This document shows positions 18,769 through 27,622 of a DNA stretch of 48,419 nucleotides, in pieces (positions within the stretch are counted from its first letter, which is position 1; each line of letters starts with the position of its first letter). The translations under genes were made by a program, and so were the position numbers. The notes beneath the pieces are model-generated. The model was not told the origin of the DNA. It made no database searches and saw nothing but the letters and a program-made list of their open reading frames with translations. This stretch comes from an uncultured Aeromicrobium sp. Its GTDB lineage: Bacteria; Actinomycetota; Actinomycetes; Propionibacteriales; Nocardioidaceae. The stretch lies in the NCBI GenBank assembly GCA_964428825.1, contig CAYRZN010000001.1, positions 1-48,419 on the forward strand, read 5' to 3'.

Positions 18769-18810
18769 GTGAAGCTCGCCGATCGTCATCTGCCGCGTTC
18801 CACGCGCTGA
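18769..18810 (+). CDS. Putative 13-aa leader peptide MKLADRHLPRSTR
   Basis: GAAGAGG RBS 6 nt before the GTG. Its stop region pairs with downstream alternative stems ahead of the ABC-F gene. Confidence 0.55.
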   Translation: MKLADRHLPRSTR

Positions 18811-18879
18811 CGTCGTCGATCCACCCCTCTCGCGGGAGGGGCTCCACGGTCAGCGCTCGACTGACCCATCGGGAGCCTC
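18804..18879 (+). promoter_or_regulatory. Putative translational attenuator of the ABC-F gene
   Basis: Mutually exclusive pairings: GCGCTGAC/GTCAGCGC plus CCCCTC/GAGGGG, versus GGTCAG/CTGACC plus GGCTCC/GGAGCC (which covers the SD). Confidence 0.55.
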
Positions 18880-20517
18880 ATGTCCTCGTTCCACCCTGCC
18901 GTCGTGCTCGACGGCGTCACCTTCACCTGGCCTGACGGCACGACCGTGCTCGACCGCGTCTCCGGCACGTTCGGCCGAGGTCGGACCGGCCTGGTCGGCG
19001 CCAACGGCGTCGGCAAGTCCACCCTGCTCCGCCTCGTGCGGGGCGACCTCGCCCCCGGCGCGGGCACCCTCACGGTCCACGGGACAGTGGCACACCTCGA
19101 CCAGTTCGTCCACCGTCTGTCCGACGCGACGGTCGCGGACCTCCTCGGTGTTCGATCGGTCGTCGAGGCCCTCGCTGCGATCGAGTCCGGCAGCACCGAG
19201 CCGTCGCACTTCGACGCGGTCGGCGACGCCTGGGACGTCCACGAGCGGTGTGCCGCCGACCTCGCCGGCATCGGCCTGTCCTCCCTCACGCTCGAGCGAC
19301 CGCTCACGACGCTGAGCGGTGGCGAGATCGTCCTGGCGGCCCTCACGGGCCTGCGGCAGGCCGCGGCCGACGTGACCGTGCTCGACGAGCCCACCAACAA
19401 CCTGGACCGCAGCACGCGGGTCCGGGTGCACGACCTCGTGTCCGACTGGCCGGGCGCGCTGATCGTGGTGAGCCACGACGTCGCCCTCCTGGACCGCATG
19501 GACGCCACGGCCGAGCTCCACGCGGGGGGCCTGACGACGTTCGGAGGCGGGTTCACCGCCTGGCGGGAGCACCTGGCCGCAGAGCAGGAGGCAGCCGAGC
19601 AGACGCTGCGGACCGCCGAGCAGAAGCTGCGGGCCGAGAAGCGCCAGAGCCAGGAGGTCGAGACGCGACTCGCGCACCGCAGCAAGGCAGGCGCCAAGGC
19701 CGCGCGCGAGAAGCGGGTGCCGAAGATCCTGCTCAACACCCGCAAGTTCAAGTCAGAGAACTCCATGGCCAAGGTGCGCGGCACGCAGCAGGCCCGGATC
19801 GAGGAGGCCCGCGGGGCCGTGGACGCGGCGGCGGGTGCGGTGCGGGAGGACCGGTCCATCCGGATCGACCTGCCCGACCCCGGCCTGTCACCCCGGCGAC
19901 GTCTCGTCGAGCTGACGAGCGGTGACACCGTCGTCGAGCTGCGCGGCACCGAGCGGATCGCCCTGCTCGGGCGCAACGGGATCGGCAAGACCCGGCTGCT
20001 CCGCCAGCTCGTCGACGGCGCGGAGCCCGCGGGCGAGGTGCGGGCCGTGGCGTCCACCGAGCGCATCGGTCACCTCGACCAGCGGCTCGACGACCTCGAC
20101 GACGACCTCAGCGTGCTCGACACGGTCCGGGCCGCCTGCCCCGAGGCGCCGCCGGGGCGGGTGCGCGGGCAGCTCGCGCGGTTCCTGCTGCGCGATGCCG
20201 AGGTGGCGCGACCGGTCGGCAGCCTGTCCGGCGGCGAGCGGTTCCGGGTCGCCCTCGCTCGACTCCTGCTCGCGGACCCGGCGCACGAGCTCCTGGTGCT
20301 CGACGAGCCCACCAACAACCTCGACCTCGACTCCGTCGAAGCCCTGGTGTCGGCGCTGTCGTCGAGCCGCTCCGGACTCGTCGTCGTGAGTCACGACGAC
20401 GCGTTCCTGACCAGGCTCGGCATCGATCGGTGGCTCGAGCTCACCGAGGACGGTCTGGCCGAGGTGGCCGGCCCCGGGACCGAGGGAATACCCCCCACGG
20501 ACGAGGAGGTTGTATGA
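18880..20517 (+). CDS. ABC-F family ATP-binding protein
   Basis: Two NBDs (GANGVGKST, GRNGIGKT; LSGGE; DEPTNNLD twice), basic helical linker, no TM segments. Confidence 0.92.
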   Translation: MSSFHPAVVLDGVTFTWPDGTTVLDRVSGTFGRGRTGLVGANGVGKSTLLRLVRGDLAPGAGTLTVHGTVAHLDQFVHRLSDATVADLLGVRSVVEALAAIESGSTEPSHFDAVGDAWDVHERCAADLAGIGLSSLTLERPLTTLSGGEIVLAALTGLRQAAADVTVLDEPTNNLDRSTRVRVHDLVSDWPGALIVVSHDVALLDRMDATAELHAGGLTTFGGGFTAWREHLAAEQEAAEQTLRTAEQKLRAEKRQSQEVETRLAHRSKAGAKAAREKRVPKILLNTRKFKSENSMAKVRGTQQARIEEARGAVDAAAGAVREDRSIRIDLPDPGLSPRRRLVELTSGDTVVELRGTERIALLGRNGIGKTRLLRQLVDGAEPAGEVRAVASTERIGHLDQRLDDLDDDLSVLDTVRAACPEAPPGRVRGQLARFLLRDAEVARPVGSLSGGERFRVALARLLLADPAHELLVLDEPTNNLDLDSVEALVSALSSSRSGLVVVSHDDAFLTRLGIDRWLELTEDGLAEVAGPGTEGIPPTDEEVV

Positions 20518-20521
20518 CCAC

Positions 20522-21613
20522 GTGACCCCGAGCCTCTTCTCCCCCGTGACCCTCGGAGCCGTCGAGCTCCCCAACCGCGTCCTGATGGCGCCCCTGACGC
20601 GCATGCGGGCCACGCCGCCCGGCGACGTGCCGAACGACCTCATGCGCGACTACTACGCGCAGCGGGCCGGCGCCGGCCTGATCGTCTCCGAGGCCACGCA
20701 GGTCTCGACGTGGGGCAAGGGTTACATGGACACGCCCGGCATCTACTCGGCCGAGCAGGTGGACGGCTGGCGACGCATCACCGACGCGGTGCACGAGGCC
20801 GGCGGCCGGATCGCCGCCCAGCTGTGGCACGTCGGTCGCGTCTCGCACGAGTCGTTCCACGACGGCCAGCCGCCCGTCTCGGCGTCGGCCGTGCCGTACC
20901 GCAACCGCACCACGGTCCGGGGCGAGGACGGACGACCGACCCGCGTCAACTGCCCGACCCCGCAGGCCCTGACGGCCGAGGGCATCGCCCGGACGATCGA
21001 GGACTACCGCCGCGCCACCGAGAACGCCCGCGAGGCGGGATTCGACGCGGTCGAGGTCCACGCCGCCCACGGCTACCTCCTGCACCAGTTCATCAGCGAG
21101 GTCAGCAACCATCGTGACGACGAGTACGGCGGACCGGTCGAGAACCGGGTCCGGCTGGCGCTCGACGTGGTCGACGCGGTGGTCGACGCGTGGAGCGCCG
21201 ACCGGGTCGGCGTCCGGGTCTCGCCGATCGGGTCCTTCAACGGTCTGGACGACCTCGAGGGTGGCGACACCGGTCTGCACCTGGCCCGCGAGCTCTCTCG
21301 GCGCCGGCTGGCCTTCTTGCACCTCTCCGAGCCCGACTGGGTCGGGGGCCCCGAGCTCGACGACTCGTTCCGCGTCTCGCTGCGCGAGGCCTTCGCGGGT
21401 CCGATCGTGGGTGCGGGCGCCTACACGACCGAGAAGGCCGACCGCCTGCTCGCGGCCGGGTTCATCGACGCCGTCGCGTTCGGACGTCCGTACATCGCCA
21501 ACCCCGACCTGGCCGAGCGCCTGGAGCAGGGGGCCGACCTCAACGAGCCGAACCCGTCGACCTTCTACGGTGGCGGCGCGGAGGGCTACACGGACTACCC
21601 CGCCCTCGCCTGA
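20522..21613 (+). CDS. nemA: Old yellow enzyme family alkene reductase (NemA-like)
   Basis: MAPLTR, QLWHVGR, HAAHGYLLHQF, FGRPYIANPDL, GYTDYP motifs. Start uncertain (20510 or 20522). Confidence 0.9.
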   Translation: MTPSLFSPVTLGAVELPNRVLMAPLTRMRATPPGDVPNDLMRDYYAQRAGAGLIVSEATQVSTWGKGYMDTPGIYSAEQVDGWRRITDAVHEAGGRIAAQLWHVGRVSHESFHDGQPPVSASAVPYRNRTTVRGEDGRPTRVNCPTPQALTAEGIARTIEDYRRATENAREAGFDAVEVHAAHGYLLHQFISEVSNHRDDEYGGPVENRVRLALDVVDAVVDAWSADRVGVRVSPIGSFNGLDDLEGGDTGLHLARELSRRRLAFLHLSEPDWVGGPELDDSFRVSLREAFAGPIVGAGAYTTEKADRLLAAGFIDAVAFGRPYIANPDLAERLEQGADLNEPNPSTFYGGGAEGYTDYPALA

Positions 21614-21619
21614 CCCACC

Positions 21620-21678
21620 AGATGTGGACACTTCCGCACGTGATCACGGCATCGCATGGTGCCGAAGTGTCCACATCT
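21620..21678. repeat. Inverted-repeat element, family B (may act as a bidirectional terminator)
   Basis: AGATGTGGACACTTC...GAAGTGTCCACATCT 15-bp perfect arms between convergent genes. A related copy is at 44226-44282. Confidence 0.8.
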
Positions 21679-21694
21679 TGCGCGGACTGCGCGA

Positions 21695-22978
21695 TCAAGA
21701 ATCGGTGAGCGGCAGCGCAGCAGCCTTCGCCTCGAGCACGGCGCGCTCGCGGTCGTTGCGCGCCAGGGACGCGGCGACGAGCAGCTCGGCCCGCGCCTCC
21801 GCCCGGCGCTCCGTGCGGGCCAGCAGCTCACCACGCACGCTCGGGAGCAGGTGCGAGCCCTTCAGCGCCCCGGCAGCCACCAGGTCATCGACGATGACCA
21901 GGGCCGCGGCCGCGTCCTGGGCCATCGAGACCGCGACGGCGCGATTGAGGTCGACCACCGGGTTCGGCGCGACCCGTCCGAGCGCCTCGTAGAGCACCAC
22001 GATGCGGTCCCAGTTGGTCTCGTCGACCGAGGCAGCCACGGCATGGCACTCGGCGATCGCGGCCTGCAGGGCGTACGGGCCTCGACCACGCCCGAGGGCG
22101 TCGGAGCGCGCGAGCGCGGCCCGGCCGCGGGTGATGGCGTTGCGGTCCCAGCGACGACGGTCCTGGTCGCCCAGCAGGACCGGCGATCCGGAGGCGTCGG
22201 TCCGCGCCGCGAAGCGCGACGACTGGATCTCCATCAGGGCGAGCAGGCCCCACGGCTCCGGCTCCCCCGGCACCAGCGCGCTGACGAGCCGTCCGAGGCG
22301 CAGCGCCTCGTCAGCCAGCTCGCGACGCACCCACCGCTCCCCCGACGTCGCCGCGTACCCCTCCGTGAAGACCAGGTAGACGACGTTCAACACGGCGCTC
22401 AGCCGCCCGGACCACTCGGTGTGGTCCGGCACCTCGAACGGCACCCGCGCCTCCGTCAGGGTGCGCTTGGCCCGCACGATCCTCTGCTGCATCGCCGGCG
22501 TCGGGACCAGGAACAGCCGGGCGATCTCGTCGCTGCCGAGGCCGCTCACGACCCGGAGCGTCAGCGCCACCTGCGCCTCGCGCGAGAGCACGGGGTGGCA
22601 GGCCGTGAACAGGAGCCGCAGACCGTCGTCGGTGATCGGCTCCCACACGTCCTCGGCCGACTCGTCCTGGTCCCGCGCGATCGCCTCGTGCCGCGCGTCG
22701 AGCCATTCCCGGCGTCGGAACCCGTCGATCGCGCGACGCTTGGCGACCGCGGTGAGCCAGGCGCCCGCGTTCCGGGGCACCCCGGACTCCGGCCACTGCT
22801 CGAGCGCCTCGGCGACGGCCTCCTGCGCCAGGTCCTCTGCCATGGCGAGGTCGCCGGTCATGCGCGCGACCGTCGCCACGACCTTCGCGCCCTCGATGCG
22901 CCAGACGGCGTCGACGGTCCGGGAGAGACTCTCCGGCGCCGCCCCCCTTTCGTCTGGCACCGCCACGGGGTTGGTCAT
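21695..22978 (-). CDS. ECF sigma factor with C-terminal TPR-like extension (ECF42 type)
   Basis: 'AEDLAQEA..EAL..WP', 'LRLLFTACHP', 'QQRIVRAK', 'GPYALQAAIA..H', 'LNRAVA' motifs. Lies downstream of a YciI/DGPF gene. Confidence 0.9.
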   Translation of the reverse strand: MTNPVAVPDERGAAPESLSRTVDAVWRIEGAKVVATVARMTGDLAMAEDLAQEAVAEALEQWPESGVPRNAGAWLTAVAKRRAIDGFRRREWLDARHEAIARDQDESAEDVWEPITDDGLRLLFTACHPVLSREAQVALTLRVVSGLGSDEIARLFLVPTPAMQQRIVRAKRTLTEARVPFEVPDHTEWSGRLSAVLNVVYLVFTEGYAATSGERWVRRELADEALRLGRLVSALVPGEPEPWGLLALMEIQSSRFAARTDASGSPVLLGDQDRRRWDRNAITRGRAALARSDALGRGRGPYALQAAIAECHAVAASVDETNWDRIVVLYEALGRVAPNPVVDLNRAVAVSMAQDAAAALVIVDDLVAAGALKGSHLLPSVRGELLARTERRAEARAELLVAASLARNDRERAVLEAKAAALPLTDS

Positions 22979-22982
22979 GGCA

Positions 22983-23408
22983 TCAGTCCGTGCCGAGCTG
23001 CTCGCGCCAGCCGGCCTCCTTCTGCACGTACTCGTTGTCCGCGAAGTCCTCGAAGTCCGACTCGTCGGTGATGCGGCGCACCTCGAGCTTGGATCCGGGG
23101 CCCAAGGGGCATCGCTTGGCCCACTCCACGGCTTCCTCCTTCGTCGCGACCGACAGGATCCAGAAGCCGTTGAACAGCTCGTGGACCTCGCCGTACGGGC
23201 CGTCGGTCACGACGGGCTGCTCGCCGGAGAAGTCGACGACGAAGCCCTCGGACGGATCCGTGAGACCGTCCCCGCCGGCCATGACGCCCGCGTTCATCAT
23301 CGACTCGTTGTACGCGCCCATCGCGTTGATGATCTCCTCGAAGTCCATCTCCTTCGAGGCAGCGGCGGCCTCGGCCGAGTTGCGCATGATCAGCATGTAC
23401 TTGCTCAT
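22983..23408 (-). CDS. YciI/DGPF family protein
   Basis: 'KYMLI', 'VTDGPYGE', 'GFWIL', 'EAVEWA..CP', 'EVR' motifs. Confidence 0.9.
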   Translation of the reverse strand: MSKYMLIMRNSAEAAAASKEMDFEEIINAMGAYNESMMNAGVMAGGDGLTDPSEGFVVDFSGEQPVVTDGPYGEVHELFNGFWILSVATKEEAVEWAKRCPLGPGSKLEVRRITDESDFEDFADNEYVQKEAGWREQLGTD

Positions 23409-23454
23409 GGTGTTCCCCTTCGCTGTGGGCGATCGGTTCGCCCTTCACCCCTAC

Positions 23455-23481
23455 GTCGAACGGGCCGGCACCGGATCGACA
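23455..23481 (-). promoter_or_regulatory. Putative ECF42-type autoregulatory promoter
   Basis: TGTCGA-17 nt-CGAC on the minus strand upstream of the YciI gene, resembling the ECF42 consensus as I recall it. Confidence 0.65.
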
Positions 23482-23631
23482 CGTTGACCGGAACTTTTTC
23501 ACGGAACTGTCCCGAGCGACAGGGCAGCGACGTCCCCCAGTGGCTACTCTCGCGTACGCCGACTCTCTGGCAGGGTGTGACCCGGGTCGCAGCACCGGCG
23601 CTCGATCCGCGTCTGCACCAGGGGAAGTGGC

Positions 23632-24978
23632 ATGGAGGTCCTGCACACCGCGATCGCGATCGTGCTCGCGATCGGCCTGATCATCGTCGTCAAGGTCGAC
23701 CCGGTGATCTCGCTGGTCATCGCCTCGTTGTACCTCGGCCTCGCGTCCGGAGTCGGGTTCGTCGACACCGTCGAGGCCATCACGACCGGGTTCGGTTCGA
23801 TCATGGCCGACGTCGGTCTCCTGATCGGTTTCGGCGTCGCGATCGGGGCGTTGCTGCACTCGCTCGGGGCCTTCCGCAAGCTCGTGCACCTGTTGCTGCG
23901 CGCCGTGGGGCCGCGCCGCCTGCCGTACGCGCTCACGGCGGCGCTCTCGACGATCTTCCCGTCGATCTACGTCGACGTGCAGGTCGTGCTGGCGGCTCCC
24001 CTCGCCCGCACCTCGGCGCCGCACGTGGGTCGCAACGGGTTGGCACTGCTGTCTGGCGCCATCGGCACCGGCATCTTCGCGGGCTACGTGTTCGTCATCC
24101 CCGGCCTGGCCGCCGTCTCGATCGCGAGCCTGCTCGACGTCAAGCTCGGTGAGTACCTCCTCTACGGCACGCTGTTCGGACCCATCACGGCGATCCTCAC
24201 GACGGCGATCTTCGCTCTGCTCCTGCGCACCCGGTACTGGAACCCCGAGACCGACGAGGAGCCCGAGGCGCGCGACGAGGCGCAGGTCGAGGAGGAGGCG
24301 ACTCCCGCGGAGGCCGACTCCGGACTGCCGCTCGGCGTGCTGCTCCTGCCGATCCTCGTGCCGCTGGTGCTCATCGCCTTCGGGGCGGTCGCCGACGTCG
24401 CCGGCTTCTCGACGCCCTTCATCGCTTTCCTCGGCAACGCCGCGGTCGCTCTCTTCATCGGCCTGCTCGGGGCCTACACGCTCTCGCGCTGGAGGTCGGG
24501 GCGGGACAGGACTGACGAGGCCCTGTCCGGTGGCTTCAAGACCACCGGCGAGATCCTCCTGATCACCGGCATCGGCGGGTCCCTCGGCGAGGTCATCTCC
24601 GCCACCGGCATGGACCAGACCCTCGCAAGCCTGTTCTCGGCCGATGCCGGGGCGCCCGTCGTCATCACGATCCTGCTGGCCTGGTTCATCGCGGCGCTGC
24701 TCCACCTCGCGATCGGGTCGGTCTCCGTTGCGGCCATCGCGGCCGCCGGCATCATCGGCCCCGTCGTCGGCTCGACCGGTGTGGCGCCGGTCGCGATCGG
24801 CCTCGCGATCGCGTCGGGCGCGATGTTCGCCCTGCAGGTCAACAGCAACTTCTTCTGGATGTTCAAGTCGCTGCTGAACCTGACGACGCAGGGCGCCCTG
24901 AAGACCATGACGATGGTCACGAGCATCGCGTCCCTGGTGTCCTTGCCACCGGTGATCGTGCTCGCCTTGGTCCTGTAG
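23632..24978 (+). CDS. GntP family (gluconate-type) permease
   Basis: Highly hydrophobic. 'ITTGFG', 'ITGIGGSLG', 'AWFIAALLHLAIGS', 'VNSNFFWMF' motifs. Confidence 0.88.
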   Translation: MEVLHTAIAIVLAIGLIIVVKVDPVISLVIASLYLGLASGVGFVDTVEAITTGFGSIMADVGLLIGFGVAIGALLHSLGAFRKLVHLLLRAVGPRRLPYALTAALSTIFPSIYVDVQVVLAAPLARTSAPHVGRNGLALLSGAIGTGIFAGYVFVIPGLAAVSIASLLDVKLGEYLLYGTLFGPITAILTTAIFALLLRTRYWNPETDEEPEARDEAQVEEEATPAEADSGLPLGVLLLPILVPLVLIAFGAVADVAGFSTPFIAFLGNAAVALFIGLLGAYTLSRWRSGRDRTDEALSGGFKTTGEILLITGIGGSLGEVISATGMDQTLASLFSADAGAPVVITILLAWFIAALLHLAIGSVSVAAIAAAGIIGPVVGSTGVAPVAIGLAIASGAMFALQVNSNFFWMFKSLLNLTTQGALKTMTMVTSIASLVSLPPVIVLALVL

Positions 24979-24985
24979 GACGCCG

Positions 24986-26191
24986 ATGCGCTTCTCCGGC
25001 GTCCCCACGCCTCGCCGGGCCCGCCTCGGCGTGTCGTTGATGTTCTTCACCAACGGCGTCCTGTTCGCCGCCCTGCTCCCGCGGTACCCCGAGATCAAGG
25101 ACGCCTTCTCGCTGAGCAACAGCGAGTTCGGGCTCGTCGTGGTCGCCTTCCCGACCGGTGCGCTGCTGGCCGCCGCGCTGGCCGGTCGGGTCATCCGCAG
25201 GTTCGGGACGCTGCGCACCAACGCCGTGGGTTCGGTGGCGCTGGCGGCCGGCATGGCCGTCGCCGGGGTCAGCGCCGACGCCGGTCTCGGGGTGGCGTTG
25301 TACATGGCCGCGATGCTCCTGGCCGGCGCCACCGACGCCGTCGTCGACGCCGCCCAGAACGTCCAGGGCGTGCTGGTCGAGCAGTGGCGCGAGCGGTCCG
25401 TCGTCAACTCGTTCCACGCGCTGTGGTCGATCGGTGCCGCCACCGGCGGGGTGATCGGAGCCGGCGCGGTGGCCGCTGACGTCGCGGTGTCCACGCAGAT
25501 GGTCGCGAACAGCGCGCTCTGGGCGGTCGTGGCGATCGTCGCCTGCCGACTCGCCGAGGTGCCGTCCGACGTGAGTCGGGATCTTCGCGCCGAGGAGGAG
25601 CGTGCGTCGTCCGAGTCCGGCGCCCCGCGGCACCGTCCGTGGCGACTGCTGCTCCCCCTGGTGGCGCTGGCCGTCGCCGGCACCACCGTGGAGGAGGTCG
25701 CCAACAGCTGGTCGGTGCTCTACCTAGGCCGCGATGCCGGCGCCCCGGCGGCCGTGGCCGGGCTCGGTCTCACGGTCGCGATCGGCGCCCAGTTCGTCGG
25801 CCGCCTCCTCGGCGACCCCATGACCGACCGGTGGGGCCGCTCCCCCGTCGCACGCAGCGGCGGTCTGCTGATCGCGATCGGCGGGGTCCTGGTGGTCGCG
25901 GCGCCCACCTACCCGCTGGTCTTCGCCGGCTTCGCCCTGGCCGGGTTCGGCAGCGCGACGCTCGTGCCGGCCGCCTTCGCCGCGGCCGGACGCATCCCGG
26001 GTCTCCCCGAGGGCACCGGCATCGCGATCCTCGGCTGGCTCATGCGGATCGGGTTCCTGGTCACGTCACCCGCGATCGGTGGCCTCTCCGACCTCGTGAG
26101 CCTGCAAGCCGCTCTGGGAGTCCTCGTGCTCGCCGGACTCGTGGCCGCGGCCGTCGCCCACGCACAGCGTGGACCTGACACCGTCAGCTGA
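24986..26191 (+). CDS. MFS transporter
   Basis: 'DAAQNVQG', 'SFHALWSIG', 'GRLLGDPMTDRWG' motifs and about 12 TM segments. Confidence 0.88.
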   Translation: MRFSGVPTPRRARLGVSLMFFTNGVLFAALLPRYPEIKDAFSLSNSEFGLVVVAFPTGALLAAALAGRVIRRFGTLRTNAVGSVALAAGMAVAGVSADAGLGVALYMAAMLLAGATDAVVDAAQNVQGVLVEQWRERSVVNSFHALWSIGAATGGVIGAGAVAADVAVSTQMVANSALWAVVAIVACRLAEVPSDVSRDLRAEEERASSESGAPRHRPWRLLLPLVALAVAGTTVEEVANSWSVLYLGRDAGAPAAVAGLGLTVAIGAQFVGRLLGDPMTDRWGRSPVARSGGLLIAIGGVLVVAAPTYPLVFAGFALAGFGSATLVPAAFAAAGRIPGLPEGTGIAILGWLMRIGFLVTSPAIGGLSDLVSLQAALGVLVLAGLVAAAVAHAQRGPDTVS

Positions 26192-26567
26192 GCAGATCGA
26201 CGACCAGCACGACCACGCCGGCCAGCGGGAGGACGCCCTGCTTCAGCGCGGCACCGCGCTTGTCGGGCGAGGTGAGCAGCAGCACCGCCGCCGCGGCAGC
26301 CATGGAACCGGCTCCCGCCAGGACGAGAGCCGCTCCCGCGTCCCGCCGGTCGACCGCGACGAGCACGATGCCCACGACGGTCACGATCGCCAGGAAGAGG
26401 TTGTAGAAACCCTGGTTGAAGGCCATCTCCTTCGTCGCCTCCGCCTCCGCAGCCGTGGTGCCGAAGACGCCGCGCGCCTTCGTGGTCCAGGCGACGGACT
26501 CGAGGTAGAAGATGAAGACGTGCAGGAGCGCCGCGGCGCCGGTCAGGACGAGTGCAGTGGCGATCAT
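26184..26567 (-). CDS. DUF1304 family membrane protein
   Basis: 'LHVFIFYLES..W', 'AFNQGFYN', 'ALKQG' motifs. AGGAG RBS before ATG 26567. Confidence 0.85.
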   Translation of the reverse strand: MIATALVLTGAAALLHVFIFYLESVAWTTKARGVFGTTAAEAEATKEMAFNQGFYNLFLAIVTVVGIVLVAVDRRDAGAALVLAGAGSMAAAAAVLLLTSPDKRGAALKQGVLPLAGVVVLVVDLLS

Positions 26568-26620
26568 GGGGAGCTCCTGGGGGTGGTGGGCCGTTGTGCG
26601 GCCGCACGACGCAGCGTGCA

Positions 26621-26680
26621 GGTGGAGCATAGGAGACTCCGTCGCTCGCCAGGGCTCGCTCCTCCCCGAATCCCCAACCT
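26621..26680 (-). repeat. Duplicated, interrupted tRNA-Ala 3' fragment
   Basis: GTGGAGCATAGGAGA at 26622-26636 is identical to 26760-26774. Confidence 0.7.
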
Positions 26681-26716
26681 TGATTCGCAAGCGAAGACCC
26701 CACGACGGCTCATGAG

Positions 26717-26755
26717 AAAAGCGAAGGCCCCACGGATGCCGTGGGGCCTTCGCTT
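26717..26755 (-). terminator. Intrinsic terminator after tRNA-Ala
   Basis: AAGCGAAGGCCCCACGG/CCGTGGGGCCTTCGCTT stem, running into TTTT on the minus strand. Confidence 0.75.
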
Positions 26756-26760
26756 GCGAG

Positions 26761-26833
26761 TGGAGCATAGGAGATTCGAACTCCTGACCTCTTCCATGCC
26801 ATGGAAGCGCGCTACCAACTGCGCCAATGCCCC
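26761..26833 (-). tRNA. tRNA-Ala(GGC)
   Basis: GGGGCATTGGCGCAGTTGGTAGCGCGCTTCCATGGCATGGAAGAGGTCAGGAGTTCGAATCTCCTATGCTCCA folds as a cloverleaf with GGC anticodon and G3:U70. Confidence 0.97.
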
Positions 26834-26898
26834 GCTGTGGGTGACCCGAAGGCCGATCACCAACCTTAGTAGATGCCCCCCGCGAGCACCAAACCGGG

Positions 26899-27543
26899 TC
26901 AGTCGTCGTCGGTCATGACTGGCTCGGGGAGAGTGCCGGCGTTCCACTCCGTGAGCCGCCAGTACCGGTGCTGCGGGGGCCCGGACTCGGTCAGGACCGA
27001 CCACGAGCAGTTGCTCAGGGCCCCGAACGTGCGCCAGGTCGACTGCGGGAACCCCAGGAACGAGCAGACGCCGGTGCGGATCACCGCGCCGTGGGCGACC
27101 ACGACGAGGGTCTCGTCAGCCGGCAGGCTCGCGAGCTCCTCGTGCAGTGCGGCGGCGAACCGCTCACCCGCCTCCAGGTGGGTCTCCGTGTCGGGGATCT
27201 GCGACTCGTCGCCATCGATCCACGCCTTCATGGCGACGGGGAACTTCTCGAACGACTCGTGCCACGTCAGGCCCTCGCGGGCACCGAAATTCATCTCGCG
27301 GAACCGCTCGTCGGGCTCGACCTCGACACCGGCGACCCGGCCCAGCGCCTCGGCCGTGTGCCGGGCACGCTGCAGGTCGCTGCACACGATGCGGTGCGGC
27401 TGGAGGGCCGCCAGGCGCAGCGCGGCGGCCTCGGCCTGCTGCACGCCCACCTCGTCGAGCGGGGTGTCGGTCTGGCCCTGCACCCGACCCGCGACGTTCC
27501 ACTCCGTGCGCCCGTGTCGCCAGACGATGACCTGACGGCTCAT
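26899..27543 (-). CDS. Histidine phosphatase family protein
   Basis: RHGRT.WN, SDLQRA, REMNFG and AHG motifs. Confidence 0.9.
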   Translation of the reverse strand: MSRQVIVWRHGRTEWNVAGRVQGQTDTPLDEVGVQQAEAAALRLAALQPHRIVCSDLQRARHTAEALGRVAGVEVEPDERFREMNFGAREGLTWHESFEKFPVAMKAWIDGDESQIPDTETHLEAGERFAAALHEELASLPADETLVVVAHGAVIRTGVCSFLGFPQSTWRTFGALSNCSWSVLTESGPPQHRYWRLTEWNAGTLPEPVMTDDD

Positions 27544-27622
27544 GGCGCGACCACCTGGAAGAAGTGCACGATAGGCAATCGCGCCATTCGCTGCTCCGTC
27601 ATGATCACTCGCTGGCGCTCGC

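Noticed and set aside
22975-25704. 909-aa minus-strand ORF and many similar long overlapping ORFs (e.g. 2083-3945, 7250-8980, 30283-32409, 37585-39627, 41321-43867)
   Set aside because: Antisense or off-frame shadows of well-supported genes. Stop codons are scarce at this GC content, and the translations are Arg/Pro/Gly-rich with no motifs.
26184-26833. Intact prophage or genomic island at tRNA-Ala
   Set aside because: The direct repeats are only 138 bp apart, and no integrase, transposase or phage gene is seen in the window.
27544-27622. 79-bp spacer between rsfS and the phosphatase with a GAGCGAGCGCCAGCGAG fragment
   Set aside because: Only weak resemblance to the REP-like elements and too short to support a call.
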